Below are positions 29,155-37,028 of a stretch of 64,000 nucleotides of DNA, one piece after another (positions within the stretch are counted from its first letter, which is position 1; the number at the start of each line of letters is the position of its first letter). The notes under the pieces were generated by a model that was given only the letters and a program-made list of their open reading frames with translations, did not search any database and had not been told where the DNA came from. Where the stretch lies: the NCBI GenBank assembly GCA_963764305.1, contig CAVXSD010000009.1:369949-433948 (forward strand), given 5' to 3'. Made by a program: the position numbers and the translations under genes. This DNA comes from an uncultured Acidimicrobiaceae bacterium. GTDB lineage: Bacteria > Actinomycetota > Acidimicrobiia > Acidimicrobiales > RAAP-2.

Positions 29155-29855
29155 CCATCCGGGTCGTGCTGGCGGACGATCAGGCGCTCCTGCGCAAGGG
29201 CTTCCGCATGATCCTCGAGGCCGAGGAGGGCATGGAGATCGTCGGCGAGGCGCCCGACGGCGCCGACGCGGTGCGCCTCGTAGAGCTCTACCGGCCCGAC
29301 GTCGTGCTCATGGACGTGCGTATGCCCGTCCTCGACGGGATCGAGGCCACCCGGGCCATCACCGCCTCGCCGGCCGGCGCGGAGACACGCGTGCTCATCC
29401 TCACCACCTTCGACCTCGACGAGTACGCCTTCAGCGCGCTGCGGGCGGGCGCCAGCGGGTTCCTGCTCAAGGACGTCCCACCTTTGGAGCTCATCTCGGC
29501 CATCCGGACCGTGGCCCGGGGCGATGCCGTGGTGTCGCCCCGCATCACCCGGCGCCTGCTCGAGGAGTATGCCGAGACCCTGCCCGACCTCTCCGAGGGC
29601 GCCGCGGCGGGAGACGCCGCCGAGGACCCGGCGTTGGCGAGCCTGACCGAGCGCGAGCGCGAGGTCCTGCTGGCCGTGGCCGACGGGCTGTCCAACGCCG
29701 AGATCGCCGAGCGCCTGTACGTCTCCGAGGCCACGGTCAAGTCCCACGTCGGGCGGCTGCTGGCCAAGCTCGGGCTGCGCGACCGGGTGCAGGCGGTGGT
29801 CTTCGCGTTCCAATCGGGCCTCGTTCAGCCCGGACCGGGGCGGGCGCACCCGTAG
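29151..29855 (+). CDS. Response regulator, NarL/LuxR family
   Basis: Receiver domain (RVVLADDQ, DVVLMDVRMP) plus a LuxR HTH (LTEREREVLLAVADGLSNAEIAERLYVSEATVKSH). ATGA overlap with the kinase. Confidence 0.9.
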   Translation: MTIRVVLADDQALLRKGFRMILEAEEGMEIVGEAPDGADAVRLVELYRPDVVLMDVRMPVLDGIEATRAITASPAGAETRVLILTTFDLDEYAFSALRAGASGFLLKDVPPLELISAIRTVARGDAVVSPRITRRLLEEYAETLPDLSEGAAAGDAAEDPALASLTEREREVLLAVADGLSNAEIAERLYVSEATVKSHVGRLLAKLGLRDRVQAVVFAFQSGLVQPGPGRAHP

Positions 29856-29864
29856 GCTCGTCCC

Positions 29865-31472
29865 GTGGCGTCTGCCGACCTCCATCTGGGCACCTTCAGT
29901 GACACCGGGCCGTGGACCATCGAGCCGGAGGCGCCGGACTGGCGCCGCGGCCTCGCCGGCGTGCGGGCCCGCCTCACCGCCTCGCTCCCCTCCCTGACCC
30001 GGTCCCGCTCCCTGCCGCCCGTTCGGCGCCTCGGGACGACGGTGCGCCACGCCGGCGGCGCCCTGGGGCTGTGGTACCTGCTGGAGCGGCGGCGCGGGGG
30101 CACGGCGTCGATCGCCGGAATTTCGCGGCGGATGCGCGTCGCGGCCGAGCGGCTCGGCCCCACCTACATCAAGCTGGGCCAGATCATCGCGTCGGGTGAC
30201 GGCATCTTCCCGCCGGAGCTGGTGGCCGAGTTCAAGTGGTGCCGCGATCAGGTGACCCCCGAGCCCTGGCCGGTCGTCGAGCGGGTCCTGGCCGAGGAGC
30301 TCGGCGGTCCCCTCTCGACCGCGTTCGCCTCGGTCGAGCGCGCACCGCTCGCCGCCGCCTCCATCGCCCAGGTGCACGCGGCGACGCTGCGTGACGGCAC
30401 CCCGGTCGTGGTCAAGGTCCAGCGCCCGTCGGTGTCGGCCCGCGTGCGCCAGGACCTCGCCGTCATGGCGTGGCTGGCCCCCCACCTGGTGGGCCGGATC
30501 CCGGTCGCCGCCCTGGCCAACCCGCCGGCCCTGGTGGAGCTCTTCGCCGAGACGATCGTCGAGGAGCTCGACTTCCGGCTCGAGGCCGAGAACATGCTCG
30601 ATATCGCGGCGACCTTCGCCGCGCTCGACCAGCGGGCCTTCGTCGTGCCCCGGCCCCACCCGACGTTGGTGACGCGGCGCATGCTCGTGATGGAACGGCT
30701 CGACGGCTTCCACTTCGGTGACGTCGACGGCATGCGGGCGGCCGGCATCGACACCGAGGCGGTGGTGCGGGCCGGCATGATCGGCTTCCTGGAGGGCGCG
30801 CTCTTCTACGGCATCTTCCACGGGGACCTGCACGGCGGGAATCTCTTCGTGCTGCCGTCGGGGAAGACCGCGCTGTTGGACTTCGGCATCACGGGCCGGC
30901 TGACGGAGGCCAAGCGGCTGGCCCTGCTCTCGCTCCTGGTCGGGGCTTCCAACGGGGACATCCCCGCGCAGGTCGGCGCCCTGCGCGACCTCGGCGCCTT
31001 CCCCGACGACGTCGACGTCCAGCACGTCATCGACGTGCTGGGGTTGGACCGGCCCCCGATCGACCCGACCGCGCTGACCGCCGACGAGCTGGTCGCCGAG
31101 ATGCAGCGCTCCATCAAGACGCTGCTCGGGATCGGCGCCCGCCTGCCCAAGGAGCTGATGCTCTTCGTGAAGAACATGATGTTCCTCGACGGCGCCATCG
31201 CCACGCTGGCACCCGACCTCGACCTCTTCGCCGAGGTCGAGGCGATCGCGCTGCTGTTCGCGGCCAAGCACGGCGAGCGCATCATGGCCCAACTGGGCCT
31301 CGAGCAGTCCGACGACTGGGCGCCTGACATGGCGGGGATCAAGGCGGGCTTCGGGCTCGACGAGTCGACCGACGGCCTGACCCACCGCGAGCTGCAGGCC
31401 CGCCGGGCCCAGGTGCGCGAGAAGTTCGAGGGGCGCGGCCGGCCAGGGCGGCGGCGAGGCGCCCCGAAGTAG
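29865..31472 (+). CDS. ABC1/UbiB/AarF-family atypical kinase
   Basis: LGPTYIKLGQ, AAASIAQVHAA and FHGDLHGGNL motifs. 535 aa, intact. Confidence 0.85.
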   Translation: MASADLHLGTFSDTGPWTIEPEAPDWRRGLAGVRARLTASLPSLTRSRSLPPVRRLGTTVRHAGGALGLWYLLERRRGGTASIAGISRRMRVAAERLGPTYIKLGQIIASGDGIFPPELVAEFKWCRDQVTPEPWPVVERVLAEELGGPLSTAFASVERAPLAAASIAQVHAATLRDGTPVVVKVQRPSVSARVRQDLAVMAWLAPHLVGRIPVAALANPPALVELFAETIVEELDFRLEAENMLDIAATFAALDQRAFVVPRPHPTLVTRRMLVMERLDGFHFGDVDGMRAAGIDTEAVVRAGMIGFLEGALFYGIFHGDLHGGNLFVLPSGKTALLDFGITGRLTEAKRLALLSLLVGASNGDIPAQVGALRDLGAFPDDVDVQHVIDVLGLDRPPIDPTALTADELVAEMQRSIKTLLGIGARLPKELMLFVKNMMFLDGAIATLAPDLDLFAEVEAIALLFAAKHGERIMAQLGLEQSDDWAPDMAGIKAGFGLDESTDGLTHRELQARRAQVREKFEGRGRPGRRRGAPK

Positions 31473-31499
31473 CCGAAGTAGCCGAAGTAGCCGAAGTAG
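31464..31499. repeat. 9-bp tandem repeat CCGAAGTAG x4, each copy carrying an in-frame TAG
   Basis: Copies at 31464-72, 31473-81, 31482-90 and 31491-99. The first copy supplies the last two codons and the stop of the ABC1 kinase (..APK*). Confidence 0.95.
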
Positions 31500-31504
31500 C
31501 CCTT

Positions 31505-31518
31505 GGGCCTTCGGGCCC
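31505..31518. terminator. GGGCC-TTCG-GGCCC hairpin between convergent genes
   Basis: Perfect 5-bp stem with a UUCG tetraloop. It is flanked by CCGAAGTAGCC repeats (left) and GGCTACTTCGG (31531-31541, right), which can extend the stem. Confidence 0.5.
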
Positions 31519-31532
31519 CTTCTGCGCGCCGG

Positions 31533-31787
31533 CTACTTCGGCCGGAAGTGCACGAAGACGCGGCCGAAGTTGCGCGGGTCCTTCTCCACCCGGTGGTAGA
31601 GCACCTTGATGTCCTTGCGGTCGAGGAAGCGCAGGACGCGCTTCTTCAGCTGCCCGCTGCCCTTGCCGGGGATGATCTCGACCAGCTTGGCCTTCTTGGC
31701 CACCGCTTCGTCCATGACTCCCTGCAGCGCCCGGTCGATGTCGCCGCCCCGGTTGTAGATGTCGTGGAGATCGAGCGTCAGCTTCAT
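31533..31787 (-). CDS. Stand-alone Smr-domain protein (84 aa)
   Basis: LDLHD...IIPGKGSGQLKKRV matches the Smr pattern LDLHG...GKGxG. Confidence 0.7.
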   Translation of the reverse strand: MKLTLDLHDIYNRGGDIDRALQGVMDEAVAKKAKLVEIIPGKGSGQLKKRVLRFLDRKDIKVLYHRVEKDPRNFGRVFVHFRPK

Positions 31788-31969
31788 GCGGAAGGGCCCG
31801 GGCGGCGTGACCCGTCGATGTCCGCGGCCGCCGGGCTGAACACCACGATGCGGTCGGGCACGGGGGTCGCCAGACCCGGCTCGTCGAGCCCGGTCGCGGT
31901 CCCGGTGACCAGGGCGAGCAGGCGCGCCCGGGAGTCGCCGTCGAGCTGCGCGAGGGCCGGTTCGGCCAT
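31784..31969 (-). CDS. Small hypothetical protein (61 aa) translationally coupled to the Smr gene
   Basis: The stop overlaps the Smr ATG (ATGA at 31784-31787). GC-rich third positions. Confidence 0.4.
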   Translation of the reverse strand: MAEPALAQLDGDSRARLLALVTGTATGLDEPGLATPVPDRIVVFSPAAADIDGSRRPGPSA

Positions 31970-32047
31970 GACAGAACGATAGGGCCGCACGGTAGGCCCG
32001 GCGGGCGGGTCCCGGCCCCCGCCACCGGTCGATGGGAAGCTGGAGGG

Positions 32048-32485
32048 GTGGGCACCATCCGGGCTCTGCAACGCGAGGACTGGGACGACTGGCGGGCCCT
32101 CTGGGGGGGCTACCTGGCCTTCTACCGGGCCGAGCTGCCCGACGCCACCTCCCGGGCGACCTTCGACCGCCTCTGCGCCGGTGACGACGGCCTGTTCGGC
32201 CTGCTCGCCGTCGACGACACCGGGCGGGGCATCGGGATGGCCAACTGCGTCGTGCACGCCTCGACCTGGTCCCGGCAGCCCAAGTGCTACCTGGAGGACC
32301 TCTTCGTGGCCCCGACGGCCCGGGGCCACGACGTCGGGCGAGCCCTGCTGGTGGCGGTCAAGGAGGCCGGCGCGGCGCGGGGGGCCGGCCGCGTCTACTG
32401 GCACACCCAGCAGTACAACGGGCGGGCCCGCTCGCTCTACGACCAGGTGGGGCAGCCCACGTCCTTCGTCGTCTACGAGATGTAG
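32048..32485 (+). CDS. GNAT-family N-acetyltransferase
   Basis: 145 aa with the acetyl-CoA motif VAPTARGHDVGRALLVAV. Confidence 0.8.
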   Translation: MGTIRALQREDWDDWRALWGGYLAFYRAELPDATSRATFDRLCAGDDGLFGLLAVDDTGRGIGMANCVVHASTWSRQPKCYLEDLFVAPTARGHDVGRALLVAVKEAGAARGAGRVYWHTQQYNGRARSLYDQVGQPTSFVVYEM

Positions 32486-32601
32486 CCGGCGCCGGCGCCG
32501 GCGCCTGTCACAGCAGTTCCGTAGGGTGTGCTCCATGCCCGGTGCGCGCCCTCTGATCCCGGCCCCGGCGCGTGGCGGCCGGTAGGGTTCGAGCCGACCG
32601 A

Positions 32602-34025
32602 ATGCCGCTTCGCCGTCGCACCGCGACCTCCAATTTCGGCGTCGGGCGCCGCGAATCGCACGTGGCGGACGCCTTCTACGCCCGCTTCGAGGCACCGGAG
32701 CTCAGCGCCGACGAGCACGTGCAGCCGCACGCGCCCGGCGTCTCCTGTGTGCAGGGCGACGCCCGGCGGATGGAGGCCGTGGCGGACGACTCGGTGGCCC
32801 TCGTGGTCACCTCGCCGCCGTACTTCGCCGGGAAGCAGTACGAGGAGGAGCTCGACCGTGAGGGAGTGCCGGGCTCCTACATCGAGTACCTGGCGCTGCT
32901 GCGCGGCGTCTTCGCCGAGTGCAAGCGGGTGCTCGAGCCGGGCGGCCGCATCGCCGTCAACGTGGCGAATCTCGGCCGCAAGCCCTATCGGAGCCTGGCC
33001 GCCGACGTCATGGCCATTCTGCAGGACGACCTGCACCTGTTGCCCCGGGGCGAGATCGTGTGGCAGAAGGGCGAGGGGGCCAGCGGCTCCTGCGCCTGGG
33101 GCTCCTTCCGCTCCCCCGCCAATCCGGTGCTGCGCGACGTGACCGAGCGCGTCATCGTGGCCAGCAAGGGGCGCTTCGGGCGGGCCCGCAGCGCCAAGGA
33201 GCGCCGGCGCGAGGGCCTGCCCCACGAGAGCACCATCGGGGCGGACGACTTCATGGCGCTGACGCTCGACGTCTGGGACATCCCGCCCGAGAGCGCGGTG
33301 CGCGTGCGGCACCCCGCACCCTTCCCCGTCGAGCTACCGCAACGGCTGATGGAGCTCTACACGTATCGAGGCGATCTCGTGGTCGATCCCTTCGCCGGGT
33401 CCGGCTCCACCCTCGTGGCGGCGCTGCACTGCGGGCGGGACGCCGTGGGCTACGACCTCGACCCCGCCTACGTCGAGCTGTCCCGTGCGCGCCTGGCGGC
33501 CGAGGCGCCGGTCGCCGGGGCCGCGGGCGTGGCCGCGTGCGCGGCGACGCCCAGGCCGTGGCGTTCGACGGGACCTCCGCCGCCACGCTGGCGCGGGCCG
33601 CGCTCGAGTCCGCCGGCTTCGCCGACGTGCGGCCCAACCGCCGCCTGCGCGGACTGGGACTGGCCGTCGACTTCACCGGCAGCGACGCCGCGGGCCGGAC
33701 GTGGTACTTCGACGTGGCCGGCCCGAACTCGGCCTACCGGGGCGGCATGGCGCGCTCCGAGACGGTGTGGCGGGCGCTCGGCCGGGCCCATGTGATGGCC
33801 GCCGGCGCAAAGGCGCCCTTCGTGGTGCTCACGACGCAGCTGCCCCGGTCCGGCACCGGGGCGGACCGCGCCCTGCGTGCTCCGGGACCGGGCGGGATCT
33901 TCGACGCCATCGACCTCCTCTCGGCCGACGCCCGGGCGCGGCTGGCGACGTACGCCGGCGGCCGGACGGTCTCACCCCGGGCGGGGTTCTGGTCGGCCGC
34001 GGACGTGACCCCGGGCGGCGTCTGA
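32602..34025 (+). pseudogene. Beta-class (N6_N4-type) DNA methyltransferase with an SPPY motif. The frame switches near 33535 into an uncharacterised 160-aa C-terminal module (fusion broken by an indel, or two overlapping genes)
   Basis: Motif IV VVTSPPYFAGKQYE lies before motif I VVDPFAGSGSTLVAA, which is the beta-class order. After about 33530 the MTase frame becomes Pro/Arg-rich off-frame-like sequence. The frame of ORF 32919..34025 instead reads well-formed protein (DFTGSDAAGRTWYFDVAG...PFVVLTTQLP) to TGA 34023-34025. Confidence 0.75.
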
Positions 34026-34059
34026 CCATGGACGGCGTCTGACCATGGACGGGGTCTGA
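34017..34059. repeat. 17-bp tandem repeat (GGCGTCTGACCATGGAC x2 plus 9 nt) at a gene junction
   Basis: 34017-34033 is identical to 34034-34050, with a partial third copy at 34051-34059. Each copy contains a TGA and an ATG. Confidence 0.95.
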
Positions 34060-34373
34060 TGGGCTCCGTCGTCGCCTGCGCGGTCGTGCGGGAGGACCCG
34101 CCGCGCGTGTTCGTCGCCGAGGACCTCGACACGCTGAACTGGGTGCTGGCCTGCCAGCTGGTGGCCAAGACGCCCGGTCGCGACCTGCCGCCCGGCGAGC
34201 GCGCCGCGCTGCGCCAGGCCCTGCGCGAAGAGCGCTGGGGCGACGCCGTGTTCGCCTTCATCGCCCGCACGGGGACGGCGGTCGACGTCTACGAGAGCAC
34301 CGACCTGCACCTGACCGCCGATGCGCCGGTGGGGCCACTGGAGCTCCAGCTCACCCCCCTGTTCACCGAGTAG
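34059..34373 (+). CDS. Hypothetical protein (104 aa)
   Basis: The ATG at 34059 overlaps the TGA of the second mini-ORF. GC-rich third positions, no recognisable family. Confidence 0.45.
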   Translation: MGSVVACAVVREDPPRVFVAEDLDTLNWVLACQLVAKTPGRDLPPGERAALRQALREERWGDAVFAFIARTGTAVDVYESTDLHLTADAPVGPLELQLTPLFTE

Positions 34374-34537
34374 ACGCCGACTCGCCCGAAACCAGGCGCG
34401 CGACGCCTGAGGTCGGGCTCTCCCTGCCGCTGCGAGAAGAGGTACCGGAACGACACCTTGACGTCGTGCTCGCCCGGCGGCACGGCGAACATGTGGTCAC
34501 CCCACTTGAGCACCGAGGTCGTCCCGTCGATGGTCAC
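34289..34537 (-). pseudogene. Possible C-terminal gene fragment
   Basis: The reading TKIFPLAFLLLRFNTNVTIDGTTSVLKWGDHMFAVPPGEHDVKV looks protein-like. However, an in-frame stop lies just upstream and only a GTG is available as a start. The tail overlaps the convergent ORF. Confidence 0.2.
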
Positions 34538-34783
34538 GTTCGTGTTGAAGCGCAGGAGCAGGAAGGCCAGCGGGAAGATCTTGGTCCTGACCAGTATTCC
34601 AGTGGTTGTCTCGTGCTGAGCTCACGACGATGGTCCCTTTCCTCGCATACAGCGAGCTGCGAGCCCGTCCGTCCCTGTCGTCGAGCGCAACGCGTGTCGC
34701 CTCGGAAACGCGTCGGTAAGGGCGCTCCGGGATGGGGTACGTCCGTTCGGAACAGCGGGGTCTCCGGGTGGGAGGATGCCCTC

Positions 34784-35980
34784 ATGCCGAGCGACCGCAC
34801 CACGGTGACCGAGCTCAGCACCGGTCTCGGCATGCTGGGGCTGGCGGGCATCGAGGAGGCGCTGCGGCAGCGCACGGCCGTGATGCACAGCCTGTCCCCC
34901 GAGATGTGGGAGCGCCTGGACCGCCTGCGCTCCGGGGGCGCCTACGACGCGGAGTTCCACGCCGCCTGGGCGAACGGGCGGGCCTTCCTGACGGCCGCCG
35001 ACGGCCTCCGGGGCCGACCGCCCCGGGTGGTCGAGTGGAAGGGCACCGGCCGCGCCCCGGGCGACGAGGTGGCACCCATCGACCTCCGCATCGACCACGT
35101 CTATCTCGTGAGCTGCAAGTACCTCTCGAAGATCCTCTTCAACGTCTCGCCGACCAGCGTCTTCGACTCCCTCCTCTTCGGGGGGCAGGGCCGGGGTGCC
35201 CGCGCCGCGAGGGAGGTGCTGCCGGGCGGCGGCGACTGGTACGTCGAGGTGGCGCCGGCCGAGTACCAGGCCTTGTACGAGGCCGTCCGCGAATCAGCGC
35301 GGGGTGGCGTGGCGGCCGAGCCACCACCGCCCGGATCGGCGGCCCACCCGGAGCGCGCCGGCCGGCCGGCCGCCGCCCCGGTGCTCCCGGGACTCGGAGC
35401 GGTCCCGGTCACCGGGGCGGTCGCGTCCGGTGGATCACGAGGCGAGGCGCGGCCGGCGCTGTTGCGCGACCTGCCACTCCGGGCGGTGGACCTCACCGTG
35501 CCCCAGCGCGACGCGCTGGGCCGGTGGCTCCGAGCCGGCTGGCCGGCGGGCGCCAAGGATCTCTACGCGGCGCTGTCGAGTGCGGTCGCCCGTGCCTCCG
35601 CACGTCGGTGGGAAGCGGCGATGGAAGCCGGGGCGGCGGCCGGTGAGGCCATGCTCTGGCGCCTCCTGCGCATCGGGAGCGCGCCGTACTTCGTGCTGGG
35701 TTCCTCGACCGCCCGCTCCCTGCGCCTGCGCATCGCCACTTCTTGGGACTGGCGCCAGCAGTTCCAGCTCGTCGCGTTCGCCATGGAGGCCCAGCCCGGA
35801 GGCCAGCCCCGGGTGGGATGGGAGGCCACGGTGCGCGACCGGGTCTCCCATGCGGTGCACTCCGTGGTCGGGCACATCGAGGTCCGCTGGAGCCACGGCC
35901 GCTTCGGAGGGCTCCCCGAGGCCAAGGGTTACCTCGACACGGCTCACCATCTCGTTCCCGGCTATTTCACGCTCCGATGA
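34784..35980 (+). CDS. Uncharacterised 398-aa protein with a PD-(D/E)xK-like D-x9-S-x-K motif (candidate nuclease)
   Basis: GGAGGA lies 7 nt upstream of the ATG at 34784. The motif is APIDLRIDHVYLVSCKYLS. There is a central Ala/Pro/Gly-rich low-complexity insert. The C-terminal half is well formed (APYFVLGSS...EVRWSHGRFGG). Confidence 0.6.
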   Translation: MPSDRTTVTELSTGLGMLGLAGIEEALRQRTAVMHSLSPEMWERLDRLRSGGAYDAEFHAAWANGRAFLTAADGLRGRPPRVVEWKGTGRAPGDEVAPIDLRIDHVYLVSCKYLSKILFNVSPTSVFDSLLFGGQGRGARAAREVLPGGGDWYVEVAPAEYQALYEAVRESARGGVAAEPPPPGSAAHPERAGRPAAAPVLPGLGAVPVTGAVASGGSRGEARPALLRDLPLRAVDLTVPQRDALGRWLRAGWPAGAKDLYAALSSAVARASARRWEAAMEAGAAAGEAMLWRLLRIGSAPYFVLGSSTARSLRLRIATSWDWRQQFQLVAFAMEAQPGGQPRVGWEATVRDRVSHAVHSVVGHIEVRWSHGRFGGLPEAKGYLDTAHHLVPGYFTLR

Positions 35981-36564
35981 GCGCCTTCGACCCCACGGCC
36001 TTCACCCCCCCGCTGCGGGTCCCCGAACTCTCCTCCCCGCAGGTCGTGCTTCGGCCCTACGCTGTCTCCGATCTCGCGATGGTGCGCGAGGCCGCGGCCG
36101 ATCCGTTCATCCCCTCCATCTCGTCGGTGCCACGGACGTACACGGACGACTCCGGCCGGGCTTTCATCGAGCGCCAGCACGCGTGCAGCACCGAGGGCGA
36201 CGGGTACTCCTTCGTGATCGCGCCGGCGAAGGACCCCGAGGCCGGCGTCGGGTCCATCGGGCTGTGGCTGCAGGAGATAGAGGGCGGGCGCGCCTCCATC
36301 GGCTACTGGATCGTCACCAGCGCGCGCGGGCAGGGTCTCGCCGCCTGCGCCCTGCAGGCCGTGGTGTCGTTCGCGTTCGGGACCCTCGCCATCCCGCGGC
36401 TGCACCTCTTCGTCGAGCCCTGGAACGTGGCATCGGCCCGGACGGCCGAGGCCGCCGGCTTCCGGCGCGAGGCGACGCTGCGGGGCTGGGAGCGCATCGA
36501 CGGTCAGCAACACGACGCCGACTGCTTCGCCCTTCTCCATGCGGAGTGGGCTCCGCAGGGCTGA
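35977..36564 (+). CDS. GNAT (RimJ/RimL-type) N-acetyltransferase
   Basis: The ATG overlaps the upstream stop (ATGA at 35977-35980). Motifs IGYWIVTSARGQGLAACA and EPWNVASARTAEAAGF. Confidence 0.8.
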   Translation: MSAFDPTAFTPPLRVPELSSPQVVLRPYAVSDLAMVREAAADPFIPSISSVPRTYTDDSGRAFIERQHACSTEGDGYSFVIAPAKDPEAGVGSIGLWLQEIEGGRASIGYWIVTSARGQGLAACALQAVVSFAFGTLAIPRLHLFVEPWNVASARTAEAAGFRREATLRGWERIDGQQHDADCFALLHAEWAPQG

Positions 36565-36601
36565 GCGGGACTCGGTCGACCCCCTCTGCGAGACTGCCCA
36601 G

Positions 36602-37000
36602 GTGTTCGGGCACGATCACCGGGACGAGAAGATCGAGACGCGGATCGACCACCTGATGGCGGGCGTCTTCGTGGTGAACGACGACGAGCGCATGGAGAGT
36701 TTGGCCGCGCACGTTGCGCCCGACTTCGTCTACGTCAGCCCGGAGGCGGTCTTCGAGGGGCCGCAAGGTCTCAGCGACGCGTTCACCCGCCATCGCAATG
36801 CAGTCCGGTGGACCAGCCTGCAGCGGACCAGCCCGGTGGACATCCATCACGGCTACTTCCGCTACTGCTGGGAGCGGATCGAGCGAGGCACCGTCGCCAT
36901 GGAGGGCTGGAGCTTCGGTTGGCTGGACGAGGCGGGGGCGATCTGCCGGGTCGTGACCTTCGAGGGATTGGTGCCGGGCCAGCCCGACGGCCGATCATGA
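36602..37000 (+). CDS. NTF2/SnoaL-like fold protein
   Basis: Small alpha+beta pattern. The GTG at 36602 is chosen because the upstream part overlaps the GNAT gene. Confidence 0.5.
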   Translation: MFGHDHRDEKIETRIDHLMAGVFVVNDDERMESLAAHVAPDFVYVSPEAVFEGPQGLSDAFTRHRNAVRWTSLQRTSPVDIHHGYFRYCWERIERGTVAMEGWSFGWLDEAGAICRVVTFEGLVPGQPDGRS

Positions 37001-37028
37001 GGGCTCACGACGTGGGGAGGAAACGCTG

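Noticed and set aside
28833-31385. 850-aa minus-strand ORF
   Set aside because: It lies antisense to the histidine kinase, response regulator and ABC1 kinase. Its composition is dominated by Arg, Gly, Pro, Asp and Glu with no motifs. This is the typical shadow ORF of high-GC DNA.
31464-31499. Tandem repeats here and at 34017, 7434 and 8721 as a possible CRISPR array
   Set aside because: The units are 9-18 bp and directly adjacent with no spacers. No cas genes are present in the window.
35977-36564. The GNAT as a toxin of a GNAT/RHH toxin-antitoxin pair
   Set aside because: The sequence is of the RimJ/RimL (Acetyltransf_3) type and length. The upstream partner is a 398-aa protein, not a small RHH/DUF1778 antitoxin.
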